DNA of 64,000 nucleotides from an uncultured Actinomycetes bacterium (GCA_963846975.1 CAWJXY010000002.1:14166-78165), one strand, 5' to 3'; positions 48,941 through 62,631 are shown, counted from the stretch's first letter. Numbers and translations: made by a program. Notes: generated from the sequence alone by a model not told the origin.

Positions 48941-51184
48941 TTAGCCCGACGAGCCGCCGCCGGTGACGCGAGCGATCTCGGCGATCGAGGTCATTCCGAG
49001 CTTCACCTTCTCCAGCCCGTCATCGCGCAGGCGCCGCATGCCGTTCGCGACCGCCACCTCGGCGATCCGGTCGGCCGATGCACGCTCGACGGTGAGCCGG
49101 CGGATCTCGTCGGTGATGGTCATCACCTCGTAGAGGCCGACGCGGCCCTTGTAGCCCGTGTTCGCGCAGCGCGCGCAGCCGGCAGCCTCAAAGGCCTCGA
49201 TGTCGTCGTCGACCTCGAACCGGCTTTCGGCCAGCAGTTTCTTGCTCAGCGTTGTCGGCGACTTGCAGCTCGCACACAGCGTGCGGGCGAGACGCTGGGC
49301 GACGATGCAGTCGATCGAGCTTGAGACGAGGAACGGCTCGATCCCCATCTCGATCAGGCGGCTGATCGCGGTCGGCGCGTCGTTGGTGTGCAGCGTCGAC
49401 AGGACGAGGTGGCCGGTGAGCGCGGCCTCGATCGCGATCTGCGCCGTCTCACGGTCGCGGATCTCGCCGACCATGATGATGTCGGGGTCGGCGCGCATCA
49501 TCGAGCGCAGGCCGGTGGCGAACGTGAGCCCGGCCTTGGGGTTCGTCTGGACCTGGGTGATGCCCTCGAGCTGATACTCGACCGGGTCCTCGATCGTGAT
49601 GATGTTCTTGTCGGGCGTATTGACGACCTGGAGCGCGGCGTACAGCGACGTCGACTTGCCCGAACCGGTCGGCCCCGTGACGAGCAGCGCGCCGAACGAC
49701 TGGCGGAAGCCGCGCTCGAACCGGGCGCGCTCTTCGTCCAGCATGCCGAGCCGGTCGAGGTCGACCGTCACGTTGTCCTTGTCGAGGATTCGCATGACGA
49801 TCGACTCGCCGTGGACACTGGGCAGCGTCACGATGCGCAGGTCGATGTGGCGGCCGTCGAGGCTCAGGCCGACGCGACCGTCCTGCGGCAGGCGCCGCTC
49901 GGCGATGTCGAGGTCGGCCATGATCTTCACGCGGCTGATCACGCCGGCGACCATCTTGCGCGGCACGGTCGTGGTCGACGTCATGACGCCGTCGATGCGG
50001 AAGCGCACGCGCAGATCGCGGCCGTCAGGCGTCAGGTGGACGTCGGAGGCGCCCTGCTCGACCGCCTGGGCGACGATCTGGTTGACGAGCTTGATGACCG
50101 GAGCGTCGTCGGCCGAGTCACGCAGCTCGACGACCTCGGTGCCGTTGTTGCCCTCGTCCTCGTCGAACGCGGCCGAGCTGACGACGTCGTCGAGCCGCGT
50201 CAGGCGCGCGATCAGAGCGTCGATGTCCTCGCGCGACGCGACGGCGGCGCGGACCTCGTAGCCGGTCATCAGCGCGATGTCGTCGACGACGAGGACGTTC
50301 GACGGATCGGCCATCGCGACGAGCACCGTGCGATCGCCGATGAACGCGACCGGGACCGCGTCGTAGCGCCGGGCCGCGGCGCTGGTGATCACGTTGGCGG
50401 CGCCCATGTCGACCTTGAAGGCCGTGAGGTCGAGGTGGTCGAGACCGTGGCGCTGGGCCAGCGCCCGTGACATCGCATCGGGCGTCACGACTTCCTTGGC
50501 CAGCAGGAAGGCATCGACGGGGACGCCCTCGGCGCGGGCGGCGGCGATCGCCTGCTCACCGACGATGGCGGTGATCGCGCCCATGTCGACGAGGACGTCG
50601 GTCAGCGGGCGCGACGTGCCGCCGCGGCGGGTCGGCCTCGTGATGCCGTCCCACTCCGGGACCGGCTCGGCCGCCGGGCCGCCGGGCACCGCGGTCGACG
50701 CGCCGGGCGTCTCGTCGTCGCGGTTGGGAAGCTGGTTCGCCGGGGCGTTGGGCAGCGGCGGGCGCGCGACGGCCGGGGTGGCAGCGGCCGGCGCAGCCGG
50801 GGCCGGAGCGACGGGCGCCACTGGGGCCGGAGCGGCGGGCGCGGCCGGCGCCAGCGGGCGAGCCGGGACGGCGGCGGTCGGGCCTTGGGGTGCGCTGGGC
50901 GCACCGGCGGATGGGCGGGCCGGAGCGCCCTGCGGCGGACCGGCGGGAGCGCCGGGTGTCGGGGCGGACGGCCCCGGCGCCGGGGCGGCGCGCAGCACCG
51001 ACGGGACCGGCGACGCAGCGGGCGGAGCGGACGGCGCGGGGATTGCCGCCGCGGCAGCGGCGATGCCTGCCCCAGCCGGCCGGGTCGGTGCGATCGGAGC
51101 GGTGGGAGCAGCGATAGGAGCAGCGGCCGAGGGATCACTCGCCGGCTGGGGAACCGCCCTGAGTTGCGGAGTCTGTTCGCTCAT
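48941..51184 (-). CDS. pilB: Type IV pilus extension ATPase PilB (GspE family); the ORF carries a ~200-aa Pro/Ala-rich N-terminal extension (alternative ATG at 50584)
   Basis: Intact ORF with a canonical core from ...LTDVLVDMGAITAIVGEQ, Walker A GPTGSGKSTSLYA, GHLVLSTLHTND and the tetracysteine motif CASCKSP...CARCANTGYKGR. Confidence 0.93.
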   Translation of the reverse strand: MSEQTPQLRAVPQPASDPSAAAPIAAPTAPIAPTRPAGAGIAAAAAAIPAPSAPPAASPVPSVLRAAPAPGPSAPTPGAPAGPPQGAPARPSAGAPSAPQGPTAAVPARPLAPAAPAAPAPVAPVAPAPAAPAAATPAVARPPLPNAPANQLPNRDDETPGASTAVPGGPAAEPVPEWDGITRPTRRGGTSRPLTDVLVDMGAITAIVGEQAIAAARAEGVPVDAFLLAKEVVTPDAMSRALAQRHGLDHLDLTAFKVDMGAANVITSAAARRYDAVPVAFIGDRTVLVAMADPSNVLVVDDIALMTGYEVRAAVASREDIDALIARLTRLDDVVSSAAFDEDEGNNGTEVVELRDSADDAPVIKLVNQIVAQAVEQGASDVHLTPDGRDLRVRFRIDGVMTSTTTVPRKMVAGVISRVKIMADLDIAERRLPQDGRVGLSLDGRHIDLRIVTLPSVHGESIVMRILDKDNVTVDLDRLGMLDEERARFERGFRQSFGALLVTGPTGSGKSTSLYAALQVVNTPDKNIITIEDPVEYQLEGITQVQTNPKAGLTFATGLRSMMRADPDIIMVGEIRDRETAQIAIEAALTGHLVLSTLHTNDAPTAISRLIEMGIEPFLVSSSIDCIVAQRLARTLCASCKSPTTLSKKLLAESRFEVDDDIEAFEAAGCARCANTGYKGRVGLYEVMTITDEIRRLTVERASADRIAEVAVANGMRRLRDDGLEKVKLGMTSIAEIARVTGGGSSG

Positions 51185-51986
51185 GTCGCGTGTTGTCTGA
51201 TCCCTCTGCGCCGTGGCGCATCGCCTGCAACGGGGCGCTGTGGCCCGTCCAGGCCTCGAAGCTCAACGCGCCCTGGCGCACCAGGATCTCCAGCCCGTCG
51301 ACGACCTGCGCTCCGTGGCGCGATGCTGCGCGTATGAGCTGGGTCGTGTCACGCCGGTAGACCAGGTCCACCACGAACGCATATCCGTCCAGGTCGTCGG
51401 CCGACAGGGGTAGTTCCTTGAACGGATCGGGTTCGGGATGCAAGCCCGATGTCGTGCAATTCACGAGCAGATCGGCCTTGTGTGCGGCGCTCACGGCGCG
51501 CGCGCCGAGGTCCGCGGCCAGCTCCTGGGCGCGCTGCGGTGTCCGGTTCCAGACCGCCACATCGGCCGCCCCAGCCTGGACGAGCGCCCACACGACGGCC
51601 CGCGCGCTGCCGCCCGCGCCGAGCACGAGCGCCCGCATTCCGGCCGGCGGCCGGGGCAGCGCGGCGAGGAATCCGGGCGCGTCGGTGTTGTCGGCGTGGA
51701 TCTCGCCGGCGGCGAAGCTCAGGGTGTTGGCGGCGCCGATCTCGCGCGCGCGGTCGGTCGCCGTGCCGGCGAGCGCCAGCGCCGCGTGCTTGTGGGGCAC
51801 GGTCACGTTGGCGCCGACGAACCCGGCCCCGGGAAGGCCGCGCACGGTCTCGTCGAACAGCTCAGGCGGGACCGGCAGCAGCTGATAGCTCCAGTCGTCC
51901 ATCGCGAGCGCGGCGAACGCGGCGCGGTGCATGGCCGGCGAGCGGCTGTGGGCGACCGGCCAGCCCAGAACGCCGAGGCGGTTCAC
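51135..51986 (-). CDS. aroE: Shikimate 5-dehydrogenase
   Basis: VNRLGVLGWPVAHSRSPAMH, GANVTVPHK and VLGAGGSARAVVWAL. The GTG start overlaps the mltG stop (GTGA at 51983-51986). The 3' tail overlaps the long pilB ORF by 50 nt. Confidence 0.9.
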   Translation of the reverse strand: MNRLGVLGWPVAHSRSPAMHRAAFAALAMDDWSYQLLPVPPELFDETVRGLPGAGFVGANVTVPHKHAALALAGTATDRAREIGAANTLSFAAGEIHADNTDAPGFLAALPRPPAGMRALVLGAGGSARAVVWALVQAGAADVAVWNRTPQRAQELAADLGARAVSAAHKADLLVNCTTSGLHPEPDPFKELPLSADDLDGYAFVVDLVYRRDTTQLIRAASRHGAQVVDGLEILVRQGALSFEAWTGHSAPLQAMRHGAEGSDNTRHERTDSATQGGSPAGE

Positions 51987-53591
51987 TTCTTGTGCTTGCA
52001 GGACGGCACGTGGCCGTTGTTGTTGGCCACCGCGGCCTTGTAGCGCGCGACGTCGCGCTCGAACTTCGCGTCGGTCGAGCTGAACAGCGTGCCGCCGCAG
52101 CCGTCGGGGTTGGCGACGTAGTACAGGTAGCTTGACCTTGGCCGGGTGTGCCGCCGCCTGCATCGCTCCGAGGCCCGGGCTGCCGATCGGCGTCGGCGGC
52201 AGGCCGAGGTGGATGCGCGTGTTGTACGGCGAGTCGGTCCGCAGCTGCGAGACGGTCAGCGGCTTGTCCCAGTCGCGCAGCGCGAAGCGCAGCGTCGCGT
52301 CGACGCCGAGCGGGATGTGCTGGTGCAGACGGTTGTAGATGACGGCCGCGATCTTCTTGCGGTCGGCCGCCGACGCCGACTCGCGCTCGACCATCGACGC
52401 GATCGTCAGCACGTCGTAGGCGGTCAGGTGCTTGCTGCGCGCGTAGGACATGTCGACCTGTTTGAGCGCCTTGCGGAACGCCACGATCTGCTTGTGGATC
52501 AGGCTGGTGACCGGGGCGCCGGACTTGACCTGGTAGGTCGCCGGGAACAGGAAGCCCTCGAGCGAGTGCGTGTCCTTCGGCGCGCCGTAGAACCGTGGCT
52601 TGAGCTCGTCGCTGCGCGCCGTGTCGGTCACGTAGGAGCCCCGCAGTCCCGCCGCCTTGACCCGCGGCCCGGCCTCATGGATCGACAGCCCCTCGGGGAG
52701 CGAGACGTTGGTGACCTTCGCCGCCTTGGGCGGCGTACTGAGCGCGGTGATCGCCGCCGAGTACGGCATGTCCTCCTCGAGCACGTAGTGCCCGGGGCGC
52801 AACTTGCCGCTGTCGCCCGATAGGCGGGCGCGCAGCGCGAAGAAGAACCCCGACGACACTGCGCCCTTCTTGGCCAGCAGGTCGCCGATGTCCTGCGACG
52901 ACGAGTTGGGCGGGATATCGACGACGACGCGGCCGTGGCCGGAACCGTGGAACGGCTGCCACAGCGCATTGGCAAACCACGCCACGGCGCCGACGACGCC
53001 GAGCAGGACGAACAGCAGGACCCAGCGCCGGCCGTTGCGGCGCCGCCGGGGGCCGCGTGCCGCGGCGGCACCGAGAACGCCGGTCGGCTTCGGGGCGACG
53101 GCGGCGCTGCGGGGGCCGATCGGACGGTCGCGGTGATCCTCGTCGGCGATCGGCGGCTCGGTCGACGGGACGACCGGCTCAGAAGCCGTCGCGGCCGGCA
53201 CCGGGGCGATCGCGACGTCGCCGGAGGGCGCGGGTAGGCGAGCGAGGCGGTCCTCGGAGACGGGCGGGAAGACCTCCGGCGGCGGGGGTGGCGGCTCGGC
53301 GATCGGGTCGGGCGGCGGCGGGGCCGGGGCCTGCGTCGTCGGCGCGGGCGGTTGCACCGCGTCGACTTCGTCGAGCGGCACGGACGGCACGGGATCAGAC
53401 GCCGGCGGCGGCGCGGGAGCGGCCGGCGGCGGCGGGCCGGGCGCCGGGGGCTCGAGCGCCGGGCTGTCGGCTGTCGTGCCGGTGCGCGCGGCGCGGCGCG
53501 CGGCGCGCTCCTGGCGGGCGCGCTCGCGCTCCTCCTCGGTCCGGGAGGCGGACTCCTCGTCGCCGCCCGAGCCGCGTCCGAACGGGCTCAC
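51983..53591 (-). CDS. mltG: Endolytic murein transglycosylase MltG (YceG) with ~200-aa Pro-rich cytoplasmic N-terminus; one frame break ~52125
   Basis: TM WVLLFVLLGVVGAVAWF, YceG motifs EGFLFPATY, LTIASMVERE and PYNTRIHLGLPPTPIGSPG. The end ...SYLYYVANPDGCGGTLFSSTDAKFERDV...KHKK* is in another frame. Confidence 0.85.
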
Positions 53592-53983
53592 CGGCCGGCT
53601 CCTGCGTGGGCCGCGAGCCAGTCCTCGAGCATCACCGCCGCGGCGCGCGAGTCTTCGCTCGCCGCGCCGCCCATCCGGCCCGCGATCGCGGTCGTGAAGC
53701 GCTCGTCGTACAGCTCGACGGGGACGTCGACGCGCTGCGAGAGCGTCGCGGCGAACTGCCTCGCCTCGGCCGTCTGCGCCGTGTCGGCACCCGACAGGCC
53801 GAGCGGCAGGCCGACGACCACCCGCTCCACGGCGCGCTCGCCGACCAGCTCGACCAGGCGGGCCATCCCCTTACGGGTCGCGGGACGCTCGATCGCGTCG
53901 ATCGGGGTCGCGAGGGCGCCGGTCGGGTCCGACAGGGCGCAGCCGCAGCGCGCGGAGCCGTAGTCGAGGGCGAGCACGCGCAT
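53588..53983 (-). CDS. ruvX: Holliday-junction resolvase-like pre-16S rRNA nuclease RuvX (YqgF)
   Basis: Intact 131-aa ORF MRVLALDYGSARCGCALSDP... The stop overlaps the mltG GTG (GTGA). Confidence 0.9.
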   Translation of the reverse strand: MRVLALDYGSARCGCALSDPTGALATPIDAIERPATRKGMARLVELVGERAVERVVVGLPLGLSGADTAQTAEARQFAATLSQRVDVPVELYDERFTTAIAGRMGGAASEDSRAAAVMLEDWLAAHAGAGR

Positions 53984-53989
53984 CGGCGT

Positions 53990-56644
<2,655 letters not shown>

Positions 56645-56725
56645 TGCGGAAGTTCGTCAGTCTAGGCGGGTTCGTTTGGGCGTTCGTCGTACGCCGCCCG
56701 TCGGCTGGTGGTACGCCAGGGACGC

Positions 56726-57780
56726 TCAGGCGATGGTGGCGTGGCCGACGATCGTGTCGCCGTCGAGCAGGACGGCGGCCTGGCCGGGGGCGGCGCCGAG
56801 GATCGGGCGGTCGAGGAACGCGGTGTCGTTGTGGAGGCGGCCGGGGAGCTTGGCGGAGCGGTAGCGCAGGCGGATGTGGTTGATCCGCTCGGTGTCCGTG
56901 TGCAGGACGACGTCGCGCAGGGGGACTTCGGTCGTCTCCAGTGACGCGCGAGGCCCGACCGTGACGATGTTGCTTCGCGCGTCGGTGGCGAGGACGTACA
57001 TCGGTTCTTGTGCGGCGATGCCGAGGCCGCGGCGCTGGCCCACCGTGTAGCGATGGTGGCCGCGGTGGTGGCCGATCACGTCGCCGTTCTCGGTGACGAT
57101 GTCGCCGGGGCGTGTCTCGAGGTTCCCGTGGGTGGCGAGGAACCGGTCCTTGCCGACGCCGGCGAGGAAGCAGAGGTCCTGGGAGTCGGGGGTCTGGGCG
57201 ACGCTGAGGGCGTGGTCGGCGGCGACCTGGCGGACCTCGGGCTTCGTGAGGGCGCCGAGCGGGAAGCGCAGGCGCGCGAGCGGTCTCGGGTCGCAGCGCC
57301 GCGAGCATGTAGCTCTGGTCCTTGGCGTCGTCGTCGGCCGCGCGCAGGAGGCCGTCGGGCGTGATGCGGGCGTAGTGGCCGGTGGCAAGCGTCGGCGCGC
57401 CGAGGCGGGCGGCGAGATCGAGCATCGCGTCGAGGCGCACCGAGCCGTTGCAGCGCACGCATGGGTTCGGGGTCTCGCCGGCCGCGTGGCCGGCGAGCCA
57501 GGGCTCGACGACGCCGGCGGCGAACTCGTCGCGCAGGTCGAGCGTCAGGTGCGCAAGGCCCATCTGGTGGGCGAGCGCGCGCGCGCGGCGGACCGCGGTC
57601 GCCGAGCAACACGAGCGCTCGGCGTCGTTGGCGGGGTCGCGCCACAGCTCGACCGTGACCCCAACCGCCTCCCCGGTCTGCGCGGTCAGCAGCGCGGCGA
57701 CGGCGCTGTCGACGCCGCCGCTCATCGCCACGAGCGTGCGGTCCGGGCGCGGCTCGATGGTCGCGTCAGCGCGCGACAGC
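56726..57780 (-). CDS. mnmA: tRNA 2-thiouridine(34) synthase MnmA; at least 2 frame breaks; start not resolved
   Basis: VAMSGGVDSAVAA (PP-loop), ETPNPCVRCN, KDQSYML and the C-terminal piece ORF 56726-57388 (DLCFLAG, GHHRGHHRYTVGQRRGLG). Confidence 0.85.
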
Positions 57781-58138
57781 CGCTCCGAGCGCCCGGTGCA
57801 GCGCGTCGGCGGCGAGGTCGGCGGCGTGGAACTTGCCGGGGCTCAGGCCGCCGAGCGCAGCGGAGATCGCGCCGGCGCCGATGCGCGCGGCGTCGAGGAT
57901 CGGAGCGCCGTCGATCAGGTCGACGGTCGCGCTCGCCGCCGCGCGTATCGCTCCGCAGCCCGACGCGTCGAAGCCGGCGTCGGCGACGCGGTCGTCGTGG
58001 ACCGCGACGCGGATGACGACGAGATCGCCGCACGCCGCGCCGCCGGCCGCGCCCTCGTGGGCGTCGCGCGGCGCGTGGCCATCGCCCCACCGGGTGGTGG
58101 AGGTACTCGGCGAACGCGTCGTCGTGGCGGTCGGTCAC
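57766..58138 (-). CDS. NifU/IscU/SufU-like Fe-S scaffold-domain protein; one frame break ~58088
   Basis: VTDRHDDAFAEYLHHP then, in another frame, ...GAAGGAACGDLVVIRVAVHDDRVADAGFDASGCGAIRAAAS...PGKFHAADLAADAL...*. Confidence 0.6.
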
Positions 58139-58180
58139 CGCCTCAATATCGCACGCGAGGGTGGCGCTGGTGCGCGGCCG

Positions 58181-58875
58181 CTACTTGCGGACGAGCGTGA
58201 TCGCCGCGCTGGATCGTCGCGGCGCTGGTGTAGCCGGCGATCGGGATGTAGTGGCCGTTCGGGCCGATCACGAGCACGGTCGGCGAGACCGTGATCGGGA
58301 TCGCCGCCGTGATCGCCGCGTACTTGCCGACGGCGGCTCATCGGATCCGAGAACATGGCGACGCCGTGGCGCTTGGAGACCTGCGTGACGGCGCGGCGCA
58401 CCGAGTTGTCGTCGGCTCCGCCCTTGGTCCAGAACAGCAGGACCGCGATCTTGTGGTGTCGCAAGTGCAGCGAAGACCTTCCTCGACCGATCCCACGCAG
58501 GCGCCTTGGGCGCCGCCTTGAGCGCGGCGGCCGGGGCGTGATGCTTGGCGGCCGGCTTGACGGCGGCCGGGTGCGGTTTGACCGCCACGGCAGTGCGGCT
58601 TGACGGGCACGACGTGCAGCTTGACCGCCGGGTGCGGCGTCGCCGCCTTGCCGAGGGTCGTCGGCGGCTTGGCCGTCGCCGACGGGGTCGCGCTCGGATC
58701 GCCGGCCGCGGCCTGAGCGGCGTCACCGGTTGCAGCCTGGGCCTTCGCCGCGGCGACCTGCGACTGGACGACCGCCTTCTGCGCGTCGGAGATCGGCGCG
58801 TTGTACGGCGAGTCGTTGCCCTTGCCCGGAGGCTTGAGCGCGACGAAGTAGACACCCGCGAAGGCGAGCGCTCAC
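58181..58875 (-). CDS. Hypothetical membrane-anchored protein (Ala/Pro/Lys-rich linker, thioredoxin-fold-like C-terminus without CxxC); at least 4 frame breaks
   Basis: ...ALAFAGVYFVALKPPGKGNDSPYNAPISDAQKAVVQSQVAAAKAQ..., ...HHKIAVLLFWTKGGADDNSVRRAVTQVSKRHGVAMF..., ...VLVIGPNGHYIPIAGYTSAATIQ... Reconstruction is tentative. Confidence 0.3.
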
Positions 58876-58960
58876 TAGCAATCCGATTAGGAGCGGACGA
58901 GACGGAGCGGACACGTACCGGTGATCGGCAGCAACCCGCACCGATTGAGCCGAAAATTCG

Positions 58961-60734
58961 CTATTGCGAAGCCGGCGGCGTCACGCGGATGTTGAGCTCA
59001 GCCAGCTGCAGCGGATCGACAGGCGCCGGAGCACCGGTCAGCGGGTCGGCTCCGGAGGCCGTCTTGGGGAACGCCATCACGTCGCGGATCGAGTCGCGGC
59101 CGGCCAGAACGGCGACGATCCGGTCGAGGCCGAACGCGACGCCGCCGTGCGGCGGGGCGCCGTAGCGCAGCGCGTCGAGCAGGAAGCCGAAGCGCTGGTC
59201 GGCCTCCTCCTCGCTGAGGCCGATCGTCGTGAACACCTGACGCTGGACCTCGGGAGTGTGGATACGGATCGAACCGCCGCCGAGCTCCCAGCCGTCGACC
59301 ACGAGGTCATACGCGCGCGACAACAGCGCCCCGGGGTCCTCGAACGAGCCCTGCGGCGCCGTGAACGGGTGATGCAGCGCCGTCCAGTCGCCGCCGTCGG
59401 TGCGCTCGAACATCGGGAACTCGACGATCCACAGCGCCTCGTGGCGACCTTCGGGGATCAGGCCGAAGCGGTCGCCGAGGTGCAGTCGCAGCGCGCCGAG
59501 CGCCGGTGCGGCCACGGTCTCCTGATCGGCCACGAACAGCAGCAGGTCGCCCTCCCCCGCCCCGAGCACGGCCGTCGCAGCGGCCCGCTGGTCGTCGGAG
59601 AAGAACTTGGCGATCGGCGAGCGCCAGCCCCCTCGGCCTCGACGAACGCCCACGCGACGGCCTTGCCGCCATGTCGCTGGACGACCTCGTTGAGCCCCTC
59701 GAGCTCGGCTCGCGACATCTCGCGCGCGCCCGCGTTGAGCGCCCGCACGACGCCTCCGCCGTCGATCACCGACTCAAAGACCCTGAACTCCGAGCCGCCG
59801 AGCGTCTGCGTGAGGTCGGCGATCTCGAGGCCGAAGCGCGTGTCGGGGCGGTCGGAGCCGAAGCGGCCCATCGCCTCGGCCCACGACATCCGTGGCCACG
59901 GCGGCGCGGCGACGTCCAGGCCGCCGACCTCGAACACGGCGCCCATCACCGCCTCGGAGACGTCGATCACGTCCTCCTCGTCGACGAACGCCAGCTCGAT
60001 GTCGAGCTGCGTGAACTCGGCCTGGCGGTCGGCGCGCTGGTCCTCGTCGCGGAAGCAGCGGGCGATCTGGTAGTAGCGCTCGAAGCCCGCCATCATCAAG
60101 AGCTGCTTGAACAGCTGCGGTGACTGCGGCAGCGCGTAGAACGAGCCCGGGTGGGTGCGGGCCGGGACGAGGTAGTCGCGCGCGCCCTCGGGTGTCGAGC
60201 GGGTCAGGATCGGCGTCTCGACCTCGAGGAAGTCGCGCTCGTTGAGGACGCGGCGCATCGTCTGCGCGACGTCGTGGCGCAGGACCATCGCGTCGCGCAT
60301 CCCCTCGCGGCGCAGGTCCAGCGCGCGGTGGCGCAGGCGCAGCATCTCGTCGACGGCCCGTCCTCGTCGATCGGGAACGGCGGCGTCTCGGAGGCGGCCA
60401 GCACCTCCATGTCGGTCACCGCGATCTCGATCTCGCCGGTCGCGATGTTCGGGTTGACCGTCGCCTCGTCGCGGCGCAGGACCTCACCGGCGACGGAGAT
60501 CACGTGTTCGGACCGCAGTCGCTCGGCGGCGGCGAACGCCGCGCCGCTGGTGTCGGGGTGAAAGACGAGCTGGACGATGCCCGAGCGGTCGCGCAGGTCG
60601 ATGAAGATCAGGCCGCCGAGATCGCGGCGCCGGTGGACCCAGCCGCTGACCCGCGCCGCGGTGCCGGCCCGCTGGGCGTCGAGGTCGCCACACCACGTGT
60701 CGCGGTACGGGTTGGGGCGCGGGGCGCGCTGCAT
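58961..60734 (-). CDS. aspS: Aspartate--tRNA ligase; 2 frame breaks (~59630, ~60350)
   Basis: GWVHRRRDLGGLIFIDLRDRSGIVQ, QSPQLFKQLLMMAGFERYYQIARCFRDED, GGGSIRIH and GGVAFGLDR. Confidence 0.93.
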
Positions 60735-60744
60735 GGTGTGCAGC

Positions 60745-61992
60745 CTAGAGGCCGCGATTGCGCAGCACGGTGTGGACGATCGCCGTCGGCTCGAGCGCCT
60801 GGTCGGAGCCCGCATCGCGGTCGCGCAGCACGGTGGCGCCGGGGTCGAGCGTGGCGACCTAGTTCGGGCGCAGGCGGTCGGCCTGGCGCAACTGGCCCTT
60901 GCGCGAGCGCCCGCCGAGATCCATCTGTGCGGCGAGCCCCGCGCGGCGCGCCTCGGACGACAAGGCGAACGCGTCGCCGCGCCGCTCGGGGTCCCAGACG
61001 ACGTACAGGTCACAGACCTGCGCCGGCGCCGGGCGCTGTTCCGCCGCCAGCAGCATCCGCTCGACCCCGGCCGCCCAGCCGCAGCCGGGCGTCGGGTTGC
61101 CGCCCAGCATCCCGATCAGGCCGTCGTAGCGCCCGCCGCCGCCGACCGCGCTCTGAGCGCCGAGCTGGTCGGAGGTGAACTCGAACAGCGTGCGGGTGTA
61201 GTAGTCGATGCCACGGACGAGCGCCGTGTCGACGACGTAGGCGATGCCGGCGGCGTCGAGGCAGGACTTGACAGCGTCGAAGTGGTCGCGATCGTCGGCG
61301 GCCAGCACGTCGAGCAGCCGCGGCGCCGAGCGCATCACGTCCTGCGTCGACGGGTCGGCCGAGTCGAACGCGCGCAGCGGATTGAGGTCGATCCGCGCGC
61401 GGACCTCGTGCGCGAGGCGGTCCTCGTTGGCGCGCAGGTAGGCGATCAGCTCCTCGCGGTAGGTCGCGCGCTGCGCGGGCTGGCCGAGGCTGTTGATCCG
61501 CACCTCGATCCCCGCCGCCCCGATCTCCGACAGCAGCGCGTGCAGCAGCGCGATCAGCTCGGCGTCGACGGCTGGGTCGTCAGAGCCGATCGCCTCCGCC
61601 CCGACCTGCCAGAACTGGCGAAAGCGCCCGGCCTGCGGCTTCTCCTGGCGAAAGAAGCTCGACAGGTACCACAGGCGTACCGGCTGGGGCAGCTTGTGCA
61701 TCCCGTGCTCCATGTACGCGCGGCAGACCGGCGCCGTGCCCTCGGGGCGCAGCGTGATCGAGCGCCCGCCCTGATCGGTGAGCGTGTACATCTCCTTCTG
61801 GACGATGTCGGTCGCCTCGCCGACGCCGCGGGCGAACAGCTCGGTCGCCTCGAACGTCGGGGTTTCGATGCGCTCGTAGCCCGCACCGCCGAGGATTCGC
61901 GCCGCCGCATCCTCGAGCGCCGCACGCGCCGGCGCCTGTTCGGGCAGGACGTCGTAGGTGCCGCGCGGCGCCTGCGGGCGCTCAGCCGTCAC
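60745..61992 (-). CDS. hisS: Histidine--tRNA ligase, interrupted by an in-frame TAG at 60859-60861
   Basis: RGTYDVLP, LRPEGTAPVCR, FRQEKPQAGRFRQFWQ and GGGRYD. After the TAG, the same frame continues VATLDPGATVLRDRDAGSDQ...RNRGL* (anticodon-binding domain). Confidence 0.92.
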
Positions 61993-62631
61993 CGGCCGGC
62001 GAGCTGCGCGAGGAACGGGTTCTGCGCCCGCTCGCGCCCGAGCGTCGTCAGCTCCATGTGCCCGGGGAAGACCTGGGTCTCGTCGGCGTGGCTGTCGAGC
62101 AGCGCGCCGATCGAGCGCTCGAGCGTCGGCCAGTCACCGCCCGGCAGGTCGACGCGGCCCACCGAGTCGCGGAACAGCACATCGCCGGAGAACAGGGCCT
62201 GTTCGTCGGGGATCGAATAACTGACGTGGCCGATGCTGTGGCCGGGCGTGAAGTGCACGTCGATGTCGAAGCCGGCCAGCTCGAGCCGCTCGCCGCCCGA
62301 GACGCTGTGCTCGGGCTCCCAGCCGCGGAACGGGCCGAACATCGCCATCGGCATGTACTTCCCGGGGTCGCGCATCATCGGCAGCTCGAGCTCCGGGCAC
62401 CAGACCGGAGCGCCGGTCGCCTCGGCGAGGTCGGCGACGGCGCCGATGTGGTCGAAGTGGGTGTGGGTGATGAGGATCGCGACGAGCTTGACCCCGAGCT
62501 CATCGAGCGCGTCCAGCAGCCGCTGCGACTCGTCGCCCGGATCGACGATCAGCGCTTCGCTGCGCGCCATCCTGGCGCACGATGAACGTGTTCTCCTGGA
62601 CCGGCCCGACCGTGAACCCGCGAACCTCCAT
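61989..62631 (-). CDS. MBL-fold hydrolase (glyoxalase II-like); one frame break ~62570
   Basis: MEVRGFTVGPVQENTFIV..., ILITHTHFDHIG and TPGHSIGHVSY. The stop overlaps the hisS GTG (GTGA). Confidence 0.8.
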
